The notes under the pieces were generated by a model that saw only the letters and a list, made by a program, of their open reading frames with translations, did not search any database and was not told the DNA's origin. Made by a program: the position numbers and the translations under genes. Shown in pieces: positions 27,001 to 39,962 of a stretch of 64,000 nucleotides of DNA (position 1 is the stretch's first letter; each line of letters begins with the position of its first letter). The stretch lies in the NCBI RefSeq assembly GCF_001194135.2, contig NC_068982.1, forward strand, positions 152,049,159 through 152,113,158, read 5' to 3'. The stretch is from Octopus bimaculoides (lineage: Eukaryota).

Positions 27001-28738
27001 TGGTTGATCGATTATGTAATCTTCATTTAACTAGCATCAGATTGTTTAGATATAAGCACATGCTATGTATGACGTCTTGCTGCTTGTCTGTACTGTGGTC
27101 ATCACAAGTATCTGCAGACATACAGATGTAGACTGGTGTAAACCCCATATGATTAACCACTGCATGTCAGAGCAAGCATTAAACATTAGAGTCCTCAGCT
27201 AGGTGAAGGCAGAATATATCAGTAACAACAGATCTGAAGATTGCACCTAGTACCCTAGGTCTCTAACAAAGCTGACCTTTGGTTACACAATCTCAGAGTA
27301 TTTCAGTTCTTCTGTATTAGAGAGTACAGATATTAGAAGAATCCGGCTGTAAAAAGCAATTGCTTCAATATCAAAATATCCAAATTTACAAATACTTTTT
27401 TAGCCAAGCTAACAGGGGGAAAATAATTTAGAAAAGGAAAAATAATAAAGAAAATGATAAATTGAGAAAGTGGTTCTGAAATATCATCATCATCATCATC
27501 ACCATCATCAATTTTTTATATTTATAAATTTTCTTTTTCTTTTCCTTTTTTTTTTTTGTTTGGCTTACATTTAAATGATTCTAAATTAACATATCCTATA
27601 GACTTTCAGTTGTTGGTTAAATATTGACATCTAATTTTAACCTGAATTTGGAGTGGGCTGCCAGGAATGTGTGAATAGAGCACATGTTTAGATATAAAAG
27701 AATTTACCAATTTTGAATCTGACAAGTCATATTTTGATCAACTGAACAGACATGACTTGAAATAAGATGGGAAAACAAACAATACAACTTTGTATATCTT
27801 GATTTAGGTTTTCCAGGCAAAGAAAATAGAAAAAAGAACTCATGCAGCTATATTTTGTATGGAACCCCAAAATTTAATTCTAGCAGAAATCTGTTGCTAA
27901 AACTATCCATGATTATAAGCAATGTGCATTACTTGGAAATATTTCTATCCTGCAAGTTTTATATATTGGAATTTCTGTTTAGGACAGGGTTCTTTCAAGT
28001 AAATTACAAATGCCAGTAGTAGTAGTAGTAGTAATAGTAGTAATTACCATTGTTATTATTACTATTATTATTATTGCTGCTTATCTGCTGCTGTTGGTGC
28101 TTCTGATATAGCCATGATGAACGGACAACAAAAACAAACACAAAATTTTTATTTTTGTAATAACTATTTGTTAGAGCTTCATATAGAAAGAACTTTTTTC
28201 CATAATTTTTATCTTTGGTCCTGTCAGTTTTCTATTTATGATTTGGCTTTAGAAAATCATTTTAGATCAGAGTGAACAGCTGATAACAAAAGCATAGAAA
28301 CCCTCAAATAAAATGAAATAAACATTTGGTTTGGGAAAATACACTATTGATTCAATGTATTCCATTCAGATATTCCATTTTGGTGGCCACACACTGAAAG
28401 GAAGTGAACCATTGGCTTTTTTCAAAAAATCTATTAATGATTCATTATTTTCAATACACTCAAATCAATGATGAGATCCATGCCAGCCTGACAGGAATTA
28501 CAATGCTACAAGTCCTTTGAGGTCAATGATATTTTGGTCTTATCATACAATTAATGCATAAACATATCCAATTTTAATTTTAGTGGAAACCCACAAATGT
28601 TCATTGCTACATGAGCACACATACACACACGTTTATGTTTGTGTGTGTCTGTTTATATATGCATCTATTTATCCATTTGTCATCTATCTATCTATCAATC
28701 TATATATCTATATCTATATATATATAGATATATATATA

Positions 28739-29984
28739 CAGGGGGTGGACAAAATAATGGAAATACCTTAAAATTCCAAACAAATTTATTTTGGGGTAGG
28801 ACCGCTTTTGGCAGTAATTACAGCTTGAATTCTATGAGGAATGAACTCATAAAAAGTTTGAATTGTTTCCAAAGGAATTTTTGTCCATTCTTCAGCTAAA
28901 ACAGTCTCCAGTTCTTGTAGTGATGATGGTGGAGGATATCGACTCCTTACTTGTTTTTCTAAAATGCACCATAAATGTTCAATACTGTTGAGATCTGGGG
29001 ACTGTGGTGGTCAGATAAAATGTTCAACTTCGCTAGAATGTTCCTCGAGCAACTTTAGCTGTGGGAACTGGTGCATTATCATCCTGAAAGATTGCGTTTC
29101 CCTCCGGAAACAGTTCTGCAACCATAGGATAAATTTGATCAGATAAAATGCTTAAATAGTCTTGGCTACTAATTCTGCCATGAAGGCAAACCATTGGGCC
29201 AGTGGATTTCCAAGATATAGCCCACCCTAGATCATCACAGATCCTCCTCCATGTTTAACTGTTGGAAAAAGGCAGTGTGGGTCAAATGTTTCTTTTGGCT
29301 GTCTCCACATGTATACTCAGCCAGTGGTTGGAAATAAGGTAAAGGATGACGCGTCCAAGAAAATAACATTCTTCCACTGCTCTAGTGACCAATTCTGTAG
29401 GTTTTTACGCCACTCTAAATGCTTTGCAACATTTGTTTTTGAAAGTAGTGGTTTTCTGATTGCAGCCCTCCTATGAAATCTGGCTTTGAACAGCTTCTGG
29501 CAAACAGTTTTTGTGGAAACTAAGTTCTTGAGGTGGTCATTAAGCTTTGCACTAATTTTGGGAGCTGTTCTTTTGTGATCCTCTCTAACAATTTGCGTAA
29601 GAATCCAACGGTCCCTATTTGAAAGCTTTGGTTTTATTCCAGAGTTTTGTTTTGATGAGGAGGTTTTTTCCCTCTTTCTCAAAGGCTGTCATTACTTTCA
29701 AGACAGTACTTCTTGATACACCATAGATTTTGGCAGTTTTCATTATGCTAGCACCTGCTGTACAAGCACCAACAATTTGACCTCTTTGAAGGTTCAATAA
29801 ATGTGTCGTTTTAATGAATTTTAATTACCTTTTTCTGATGATATCTGTAAAGAAACAGCAAAACATATATAATAAATCAAAAAACATAAAAATAAATCAG
29901 CTTTCCATGGTTTTTTTTTTTTTAGATATTTCAAAATTATGATGCTATGATGTTAAGTGTTTCCATTATTTTGTCGAAGCCTTG
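28739..29984 (-). mobile_element. Tc1-family DNA transposon, full length (1246 bp), transposase pseudogene
   Basis: TIRs CAGGGGGTGGACAAAATAATGGAAATACC and (rc) CAAGGCTTCGACAAAATAATGGAAACACT, TA on both sides. Minus strand: LQRGQIVGA..GVSRSTV.KV..AIRKPLL..WKNVIFLDASSF..TVKHGGGSVMI..FQDDNAP..PPQSPDLNSIEHLW (DDE). Frameshifts and stops. Confidence 0.93.
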
Positions 29985-30130
29985 TATGTATATGTATATA
30001 TATATATAATAAAAAAATATAAGGATAAAATCTACATAAGATTTATGAAGTAGCCACCATGGAAAACCAATTGAGGAAAAAATTAATACAAAGTATATAA
30101 TATTTTTCCTTAAATATAAAATACATTATT

Positions 30131-30258
30131 ATATCAAGGGCTATTACTGTAAGTAACACCTCATGTTGTAATGGGACTCTAAAGTCAATCTACTTCAATA
30201 CTTCAATATATAGAGTCCCATTACAGTGTGAGTTACTTAAAGTAATAGCCCTTGATAT
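30131..30258. repeat. 128-bp hairpin (~50-bp arms, ~29-nt loop), MITE-like
   Basis: atatcaagggctattactgtaagtaac...tgtaatgggactcta is inverted against tagagtcccattaca...gttacttaaagtaatagcccttgatat. Confidence 0.8.
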
Positions 30259-30589
30259 TATAATGTATTATAATGTGTTATTAAATGAGAGGAAGTCACA
30301 AAAAGGTATAAGAGGAGAATTAGGAAGGTGCTCAATACAAAATTAAATGGAGGGAATATCATTAAAGTCATAAGTAAATGGGTTATGCTCCATATTGAGA
30401 TACCCTGCTTCCTTTCTGAAATGGATGAAACTTGAGCTACAGAACCAGAAAGCTGCTCACAATGCACACTGCACTCCACCTTAAATGCAATACTGAGAGT
30501 AACCACCTACCAAGAAGGTGGCAGAGGAGTACTAAACATAGAACACACTCTTAATACTGAAATACTGGATTTGTAAAGTTATGTTGTGC

Positions 30590-31440
30590 AGAGTAAAGAA
30601 AGAATATTATCAGTGACTAGAGATACCCAAAAAGTGACTAAAATAGTAGGAGAATACAAAGAGAAAAGGAAAAAAGAAAAAAAAAAACAGAATAAACAAT
30701 TGGAAAGAAATGGAACTGCATGGCCAATTCATGCAACAAACTGAGAATGTTGTGAGTAAAGATTGTTGACACTGGCTGACTGACAGGAACTTGAAATGAA
30801 AGACAGAAATGCTAATGATAATTGCTCAGGAACAAGCCCTTAGAACAAATTTGAAAAAGGTAAAGATCCACAAACTCAATTAGACAGTAAACTTAGAATC
30901 TGCAAGAAAGAGATGAAAGTATCAATCATGTTTTCAGTGAGTGCAGTATACCAGCACAAAAGGAATATAAATGCAGACATGACTGTGTAGGCAAACGAGT
31001 GCTTTGAGTTGTTAGCCAAGTGTGTGGTTTCAAAATAACAGGGAGGTAGTATGGACAAGAACCAGAGGCTGTGATAGGAAATCAGAATTACAAGATTTTG
31101 TGGAATTTCCCCATAAAGACTGAGCATGCTACTGAAACAAGAAAACCAGATATGATTATAGAGGATAAAATAAACAAACTGTGTAAGATCATAGATTTTG
31201 CAATTCCCTATGATAACAAAGTCAATACCAAAGAAATTTGAAAACATTGAGAAATATCAGGATTGAGCCAGAGAGCTGTGGAAGACCAAGACAACAATTA
31301 TCCCTGTAGTAATTGATGCACAAAAATGCTATCTAAAAGACTGAAAGAGACAGGAATTGAAACTCGTATTACTGACCAGCAATAAAGTACAATCCTATAT
31401 TCTGAAAAATTCTAAAGGAAAATTCTTGAGATTTGAGGAG
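30590..31440 (+). mobile_element. R4/Dong-like non-LTR retrotransposon 3' fragment (zinc knuckle + REL endonuclease)
   Basis: Frameshifted WKEMELHGQF..AQEQALRTN..C.ERDESINHVFSEC..KEYKCRHDCVG..KILWNFPIKT..KPDMIIEDK..CKIIDFAIPYD..EKYQD..IIPVVI. Confidence 0.8.
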
Positions 31441-31689
31441 ATTGTTGCAACCAAAATATCAAGATAAAACACTGACTAACTAAATTAACATGCACAAATG
31501 TTAAATCAGAAAACAATTATGACAAAGCTTTCTCAGGTATTGAAAATAATTTTTTAAAATGCATAAAAACCATGGTCTGTACTCACAAGTGAATATAATT
31601 CGGCAGCATGTACCATTGTACATCCCTAATTGTTTCATGAGCCTATATAGTTGATCTATATATATTTATATATATGTGTGTATGTTTTT

Positions 31690-31895
31690 GTGCTTGTGTT
31701 TGTCCTACACCACCGCTTGAAAAGCTGTTTACATCCTAGTAACTCAGTGGTTTGGTTAAAAGAGACGGATAGAGTAAGTACCAGGCTTTAAAAAAATAAG
31801 TCTCTTGGGCTAATTTGTTTGACTAAAAAACCCTTCACGGCAGCACCCCGGCATGACCACAGTCAAATGACTGAAACAAGTAAAAGATAAAAGAT
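31690..31895 (+). mobile_element. Family B SINE 3' part
   Basis: gtgtttgtcctacaccaccgcttga...ccccggcatgaccacagtcaaatgactgaaacaagtaaaagata. Confidence 0.7.
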
Positions 31896-31984
31896 ACATA
31901 TCATCACCAGGTTCCAGTCTGATTTAGCATGGTTTCTATGACAGGATGCCCTTCCTAATTCCATTTTCTGATTTCATAAATTCA

Positions 31985-32822
31985 TAGTTTATTATCTTTG
32001 GTTTTTGCTCAATTGACTTTCCATCAACTGTAAAATTTAATTTTTGTGACTGTTGCTTTGGTTTCCCACATTTCATTTCTATAGGACATAGCTTTGTCAT
32101 TTACTGTAGTTACAAATTTCTGTAGGTTCTCACTGTTGAAAATTAATAAGTCATTAGCATCTGCTTGTCAATGGTTCTTGATGTTCTTGCCTTTTCTTGA
32201 CACTCCTGGCATATCTTCTACTTTGAAGATCTTGATGTCTAGGTTAATAAGCTAGAGGATTGCTCAGACACCTTTCTTAATTTTAAATTCTGAGGTCTTC
32301 CCCTATTAAATTCTCACTAATACTATTTGTTCCCACTGCATTTTTGTTATTGTATTTTGAGGTCTTTTTCACATATCATGAATTCTGACAGACAACTTTA
32401 TACATCAACTTAAGGTTTTTATTTTGTTAAATGCTTTGATAAAGTCTTTAAGGCAGATGCAAGTATCTTCATTTATGTCTAGAACACTTTTCCATATGGT
32501 TCTTAGCTTAAATATTCCTCCTTAAGTTCTCACTCCTGCAGTTGACTTATTCCTTCTTTTGTTCTTGATCTAATTCTTCATTGGATAAGGCTTAGTAGTA
32601 GTCAGGCTTTGTACCAATTTATGAAAAACAGTGAATCAAAATACAATTGATTGAAGACAATTGCTCAATAAAAAAAATTACTTAAAGTAATAGTTGCTTG
32701 AATCAGCAATTAATCAAATTATAGGAAATATTCAAAATATAGTCAATAGTTTAAAGGAAATCAGTTACATTCTCACATTGTCAAATCATCTAACCCATGC
32801 CAGCATGGATTAGATGATGATG

Positions 32823-32866
<44 letters not shown>

Positions 32867-33610
32867 GTCTCCTTACCTTGACATCACATGATAGTTGTGA
32901 GTATTACTGTCATTTTCTGATACTATTTCATGGTGAAATATTACCTTACTTGGAAACAAGTGAGGATTGGTGATAGGAAGGACATCTAGCTGTAGAAGAT
33001 GCCCCTCTATAAATTCCATCTGACCTACATGAACTTGATTAGGTAGACATTAAAATAATGTTACTCCAACTGTTACTCCAATTGGTTGTTTTCTAGGTGA
33101 AATGTTTTCAATAAATTACATTTCAGTCAACTGTCCACACATCTTCTACTCTTTAGACTTATCATTCAAAAAACTGCACATGTGATTCCTTAGACTTATG
33201 GCCCTAAATCCAGCATAGTCTACAGCTTTGGTTTCTTTGGTAATGAAACTAAGATAGACCGCTTGGTACGTATTCACCCTCATATATCATATTATATAAC
33301 TTGTTAGAGATGTTGGTTGTAGTTATTTAATGGTTTTAACTGAAATTTCTGCTACTTCAGTTGCAGCTTTGAAATCCAGCATTGGTGGTCTATTCTTAAT
33401 CATCATACAGTTCTTTTATGTTTTCAACTCATTCAATTTGTTGGTGGAATTCTTGTATCTCTTCATCTTTGTATTCTTGTGTAGGAGCATATAACTGTAT
33501 GATGTTGATATTGAAAGGTTTACCTTCTAATTTCATCAGAATCACTCAATCCAAAATTGTCCAGCATCCAATTAGTAATTTTGCTACAGCATTTTTTCAT
33601 TAAGGTATAA
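31985..33610 (-). mobile_element. Decayed RTE LINE (endonuclease ~33610-33050, RT ~32600-31990), interrupted by family A fragments
   Basis: Minus strand: LMKLEGKPFNINIIQLYAPT (EN), then remnants of ..IFKLRTIW..DF.KAF..FKIKKGV..(Y)ADD-like RT motifs. Confidence 0.65.
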
Positions 33611-33769
33611 ATACATTGATGTGTGTGTGTGTGTGACAGTAACTTCAAAGTTTCAGCTTACTTGTCATCAGACATCACATAAAAACAAACAATAATATAT
33701 ATGTGTGTGTGTGTGTGTGTTTTGTGAAGCAGTGTCGAGTTTTACAATTCTGTAAATAATAATAATAGT

Positions 33770-33985
33770 ATTTTATAAACTTAAAGCTTATAACAATCTC
33801 TGCACAATGACTAAGGAAAATAGTCTAATAATGGAGCATATAAGCCCTTAACAGAAAAAAGTAGGTTTTCTTGTATGCATGGGGGAAAACCTATTGTTTT
33901 CTGTTGAGGGCTTATATGCCCAATTATTAGATTATTTTCATTAGTCATTGTGCAGTGATTGCTATAAGCTTTAAGCTTATAAAAT
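33770..33985. repeat. 216-bp hairpin (~100-bp arms, ~14-nt loop), MITE-like
   Basis: attttataaacttaaagcttataacaatctctgcacaatgactaaggaaaatagtctaata...gtaggttttc pairs with gaaaaccta...tattagactattttcattagtcattgtgcagtgattgctataagctttaagcttataaaat. Confidence 0.88.
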
Positions 33986-34021
<36 letters not shown>

Positions 34022-34031
34022 NNNNNNNNNN

Positions 34032-34068
<37 letters not shown>

Positions 34069-34692
34069 AAAATTAAATGCACAAACGTATGGAAACAGAT
34101 AAATCCAAAATTCACACATGCATATACACAAATATACACAAACCAATGCATAAACAGTCTCATGAGCTTCCATCTTTGCATAAATATAAACTTAAACTTC
34201 ATTTAAACTTTCATCATAGTTTCTCCCCTAAGAATAAGTTTGCTTATTTTTTGTGGAAATTAATTTATACTTGAAAGCTCTGCTAAAATCCATAATTTCT
34301 TGGATTGACCTAACTTCACTCTCAGACTTAGAACCTTTTTGACTAATTTATGGCTATTTTCAATAATTAATGATGATCTTTAATAGAAAAAAAAATAGTG
34401 CTCTCTAATTATAAATTGTAGATGTTCCTATCTAACTAATATTTCTCATTTTATCTGAAGACCTCCAGTTATATAATATTTATTTTTTACAAAGTCTCAG
34501 GACCACAGATCAGCTATTATTTATTTCTAACATAGATACAATACTGTTAACTAATATCAATTGCTTCCATAGACCCAAGATCACTAGTCAACTAGCTATC
34601 GTTTATTTTTCAAATAGATACAAGATCACTGATCAGCTAATACTAATTTCCAGTTCTGTTTCAAGTGTTGATAATTTAATTTGACCAAAATA

Positions 34693-35590
34693 TGAGATGG
34701 GATCAAAAAGTTCCCAGACTAGTTGTGTTTAATACAAAATAACTTATTTACCTAAGCTTTAACATCATCTCCTTCAAAACGCCCAGCAATACACTGGTTT
34801 CAGCATTCCTGCCACTTTTGGAATCCAGCCTGGAAGTCATTTTCTGTAAGCAACTTGAGGATCTTCTATGATTTGTTCTTGATCTCAGCAATGGGGTTAA
34901 AACAGTAACCTTTGAGCTGCATTTTCATTTTGGGGTAGAGATGGAAGTCCATTGGTGCTAAATCTGGTGAATAGGGTAGGTGCAGAAGTGAAATCAAATT
35001 GTTTTTGGTGAGAAACTCATGAGTGAGGAGAGTTTGGTGATAGGGTGTGCTTTGTCATCATAAAGAATCCAGTTCTCAGTGATCCATAGATCTGGTTTCT
35101 TCTGCCAAATGTCCTCTCTCAAACACTTCAAAACATTGTTGATTGTCCTCCAATGTACAAGCTGATGAATTTTTTCCACCTCTCCAGGGGTGATACACAT
35201 GGCAGATCTTCCTGATCACTTATTGTCTTCCAGGGATGTTCTTCCACTTTTGAAGCACTTGTGTCACTTGAAACATTGTATACGACCCATTTCCTCATTA
35301 CCACAAGCTTGCCAAAATATGCTCAATGTCTTTGTAGCAGACTTCCTAAGTTTTGTGCAAAATTTCACATTGACTCTTTGTTCCAACTTCCTGCCAACGA
35401 CAAAAATTGCAGACTATAACATACATGTGATAACAAAAACAGAAATTTCACAACTTGCAAAGAAAACACAGCAATGTCACTTTGCACACTGCCTCATGAA
35501 GATCACTGCTAGCTCACTGTGCTGCAACTGTGTGCTGCCATCTGTTGGTGTGCTACAGAATTAGTCTGGGAACTTTTTGATACCACCTTG
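34693..35590 (-). mobile_element. mariner (DD34D-type) transposon, internally deleted non-autonomous copy
   Basis: TIRs TGAGATGGGATCAAAAAGTTCCCAGACTA and (rc) CAAGGTGGTATCAAAAAGTTCCCAGACTA, TA flanks. Minus strand: EQRVNVKFC.KL.KSA..F.SGRTSLED..SGR, then jumps to LRE.I..K.P.LW..WIL and HLPYSPDLAPMDFHLYPKMK. Confidence 0.9.
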
Positions 35591-35942
35591 TATGTCTTAT
35601 ATTACATCGGCTAAAAATGGTCAACTAGAAATGTTATTTTATCACTACATATCTTCAGCTGATTGTCTTCTTTAATGCAGCAATTTCGGTTAAAACAGTA
35701 GTGTCATAGCTGACGTTTGGAGTGGGTCAATAGATGTAATCCTTAAATGACTTACTGACTATAATGCAAGAGTGTAAAACGCTATGAACTGAAAAGCTAA
35801 CAATTCCAAAGTAAATTCAAATGTAAAACAAATAGTGAGAACTTGAAGTAAGAAATAAGACTTAAAATAAATTTAAAGAAAAAGAAATTTTCATGTCAAT
35901 ATTATTTATCATCTCTTGTCAAGTAAAATTATAAACATTCTT

Positions 35943-36112
35943 GACAACCGATGCTGGTGTGTTTACGTCCCCGTAACTTAGTGGTTCAACAAAAGAGACC
36001 GATAGAATGAGTACTAGGCTTCTAAAGAATAAGTCTTGGGGTCGATTTGCTCAACTAAAGGCGGTGCTCCAGCATGGCTGCAGTCAAATGACTGAAACAA
36101 GTAAAAGAAAAA
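35943..36112 (+). mobile_element. Family B SINE 3' half
   Basis: tgacaaccgatgctggtgtgtttacgtccccgtaacttag...gctccagcatggctgcagtcaaatgactgaaacaagtaaaag. Confidence 0.8.
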
Positions 36113-38124
36113 GAAAAAATTCTTTAAACACTTGTGAAACTGAGACTAGGTGTAAGTGGTTAATGGAAAGACAATGAAACTTTAAAGGACAAGAAGAGGT
36201 TTACAAACTAAGAGAAGACTTAATGCTAGGAAAATATAAGATAGTTATTACGGAAATCACAAAAACATGAGGATATGATAAAAAGAAGACTGGCAAGTTT
36301 CTGCCACCACTGTATTCCAACAAGCATTACCACACAAATAACACAATGAGCTGTGGTTTCTCCTTCCTATTCATATCATAAACTCAGAAATCTAGTAAAA
36401 TTTATGGGGATTATCCTTTGTCTTCTGACTAAACAATGAAAATGAATATAACCTTTTAACTCTAACCATATTTTAGGGGCTAGCTTGGATTACATTATCT
36501 AATGTATTCTCCCATTTTAAAGATAGTCAGTGTGATGTGGATGAGAATAAAGTATTATTTATAAAATATATTTCAGTGTAATACTTGTATGGCAAGTGAA
36601 TTGATCTGAAATTATGTGCTGAAACAGATTAGTAAAATAGATTTTCAGTGACTAGGTAGATGTATTAGGAAAGTACTTTGATATGTTACAGTATATTATA
36701 TTAATACAAAATAAAACATAAATGAAAATAATGATGTGTACGTTTTAAATAGCTATCGTAACTCTGCTATGATTAGTTTTCTCTTCTTTTTTATTTATTT
36801 TTTTTTATGAAAGCTTGAAATGAAGATATAGAGAATGATCAATGAATATCCTGTATCAAAATATTTAACAAGTCAGCTGTGTCAGTAAGAAATTCACATT
36901 ACAACTGTGTACTTTCAGATTCAATTCCACTATGTGGCATCTTATGAAGGTATCTTGCACCATCATCTTGAATTAAGCACAATCTTGTGAATAAAATTAG
37001 GTTGTCAGAAGCTGTTGAAAACCCATCAAAGGAACCATTCCTGTCATTGAGTGGTAGACATAATCTACCACATGGTGTAACACCACTATCTGCTCCTTGG
37101 TTGCTTTTAGCACGGTCTGCTCTATAACAAGCATTTGGTGTCAGGTCTTTGTTCTGAAGATAACTTTCCTCCATTCTGCCACCAAATGGTCACCATTTCA
37201 CCATCACACACAGAGAAAAGTTTAATGTAGAGTGATAAGGTTACAAGACATAAAAAAATTACAACAATAGTGGAATTTGAATGTTTTCATTAGAGATGCT
37301 TGTATCAAATGTCCTTCCCAAATACGTAACAATCAAATACTTTACTGCTTGTTTTTAGCATTAAAGAATTTCATGTAATCTGAGATTTAACTTTCATAGT
37401 TAGATTAAAGATTTGTATTCAGTTACAGTTACATAATATGAGTAATTTCTAATTCTGGTGAAAATGCTAAATATATCCCATATAAATTTATTAATGCTGA
37501 ATCTAGTCAGAATTATCAGTTGAGATATTTCAAGCATATATATTGATACTGAATTATTAGATTTATTGTTACAGATCCACATAAATGTCAGAAAAAAAAC
37601 AAAAAACTTTTGTACTCATATTACTGTGATTCATTCCCCTACCTCCCATGAATTAAACATACCTCTACTTCCTGCGGCCCCACCCCCCCAGCTCCGGCAG
37701 ACTACCATGTCATCCTTTTCTCTTGTCCTCCACCAACGACAACTGTATCATCTTTATTACTCCTGTTGCTTCCACCCCACCACTCTCTTCTGCATTCCTC
37801 AATCTCCCCCAACTCATGGCCCTCTGCTCATCTGCCCTTCGACTTTATCCATTCTGGCACCTCATTCTCCTTCCCAAACAGTCCGATTCCTCAATTCACT
37901 GTGTGCCTTGTGGAGTCATTTAGGCATCTCATCACCCTTATTTATCTCTTGCAGCTCCAACTCCTCATTTTCTCTTTCTCTCTCTTTCCCTTACTAAATG
38001 TGAGTAGCCATGAAGATCCTCTACAAGAACCTGCACTGCCATCCCTCCCTGCCCCTGCACTCACACACACATTTCTCATAATTTTATCCTTTCATCTTCC
38101 AGCATGAAGCTGACCCACCATCAT

Positions 38125-38355
38125 CACAGGGTTTGTAGTTCTGTGAGTTGCATGGTAACCTCAATCGGGCAAGTTGCATGAAAAAAAGCACCCAGTAAAC
38201 TCTGTAAAGTGGTTGGTATTAGGAAGGACTTCCAGCCATAGAGACCATGCCAAAATAGATACAATGGAGCACAATGCAGCCCTTGAACACATTGGATCCT
38301 GTCAAACAATCCAACTCATGACAGCATGGAACACAGATGTTAAATGATGATGATG
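38125..38355 (+). mobile_element. Diverged family A copy
   Basis: aaaagcacccagtaaactctgtaaagtggttggtattaggaagg...catccaactcatgacagcatggaacacagatgttaaatgatgatgat. Confidence 0.6.
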
Positions 38356-39225
38356 TAGATGATATTGATTTAAACCTGTATAACAGTTTCCATATTTTTC
38401 TCCTTGAATCCCAATATTTATATATTTTGCTTAACAACTCTTTTGTGGACTGTACCATTATTTTGCTTTTGTTCAAATTCGTTTATTTTATACTTAAGTA
38501 TTTATATGTATGAGAAGTTGTATTCACACAGCTACTATTTTGTATATATCTATTTTGTAATTCTTAGGCTTGTGGGACTACACATACTTTCCTTTTAATG
38601 GAAGCTGACTTCAACAATTAAAATATGTAGATGAGTAGATTTAAACATTCTTAACAAACTAAATATCTTTAAATTTTTGTTTTGTAAAATACAAATGTCT
38701 GTGGGATAAACAAAAACCAAAACTGGATATGAACTTTGCAAGAACACACACATACATGCATATGCACTCATACGCATATAGTTATATGCGTGTATATGTA
38801 TACACACACAAATATGTAAATATATACATGTACACACACACACACAAACACACACATATGTACACATACATATATGCATGTGTGTGTGTATGTGTGTGAT
38901 GTTTACTCCCAGACGAATACAACAGTATTCATTTGTATAAATACACTAGCCTACATACAGGCTTACAAATATTGGAATATCTGAAATGAATTACAACATC
39001 AACAACAACAACAACAGCAATAACAACAACAATAATAAGCTTTTAATGAATAATAACTGTTTCATTTTCAGAACTAATAAAATTCTCTTGAGAAATTTTC
39101 CGGCATTTACATTGAGGTTTAGGCTATCTGATGTTCAGCCATGATGGAGACACTGAAAAGTCAAACTCTAACACTATGTCTGTTTCACAATATTTATCAT
39201 AAGTGTATGCTTTTTCTTTCTTCAG

Positions 39226-39323
39226 GCAGAGCATTACGCATGTTGAGACTAGCCAAGTTGCTAAGCCTTCTCAGGTTGCTACGGCTTTCCCGGTTGGTCA
39301 GATATGTACAGCAATGGGAAGAG
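39226..39323 (+). CDS. HCN: Internal coding exon of an HCN (hyperpolarization-activated cyclic-nucleotide-gated, Ih) channel: S4 voltage sensor and start of S4-S5 linker
   Basis: Acceptor tttttctttcttcAG (AG 39224-39225), then GC + 32 codons = (x)[32 protein letters not shown], then donor GTTTGT at 39324. The peptide matches the HCN S4 signature (RALR...[19 protein letters not shown]), including the serine that interrupts the basic i+3 series. Phase 1 in, phase 0 out. No BLAST run. Confidence 0.95.
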
Positions 39324-39702
39324 GTTTGTGTTAGTTTTTTTTTCATTCAACCCTAAACTTCAACTCAGATTATATAATCATATATATATGTAACATTTCT
39401 TCTTAAAAATTTACAGTGCCCATTTTTTCAAATACAAAGGAACACACATGCACGCATGCACATGCATATGTACATGCTCACAAACATATATACAAATACA
39501 CACATACATACATGCATATGTATGTATATTACATCTGTGTGGACATTTTTATGGTTGTGTGTATATGGATGTATCAATGCTTATATACAAGTTTACTAAT
39601 AATTAGACACATAATCTATGCAAAAATATATTTGCATAACATTCACATGCATATCTGAAATATGCAGATTAATTAATGTCAAACATACAAACATACATAT
39701 AC

Positions 39703-39735
<33 letters not shown>

Positions 39736-39913
39736 CATAGATTGATATATACACATTATTCGTATATGTATATATATGTATACATACATACACACACACA
39801 TTTATATATATATGTGTTTATATAAATATGCATATATATACATATACAGATATGTATATATATGTATATATATATTTAGATATATATGTGTGTATATGTG
39901 TGTGTGAGTGTGT

Positions 39914-39962
<49 letters not shown>

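Noticed and set aside
36919-36949. Candidate 31-nt micro-exon (ttcAG|ATTCAA...GAAG|GTatct) upstream of the S4 exon
   Set aside because: Not a multiple of three in a phase-1 intron, weak donor, and peptide IQFHYVASYE is not HCN-like.
36899-37174. 91-aa minus-strand ORF (MEESYLQNKD...)
   Set aside because: No recognisable domain; antisense to HCN; likely chance ORF in an old repeat.
37600-38110. Pyrimidine-rich stretch with 113-143 aa ORFs; similar stretch at 60200-60700
   Set aside because: Probably very old Penelope-like remnants; too decayed to call, and not host genes.
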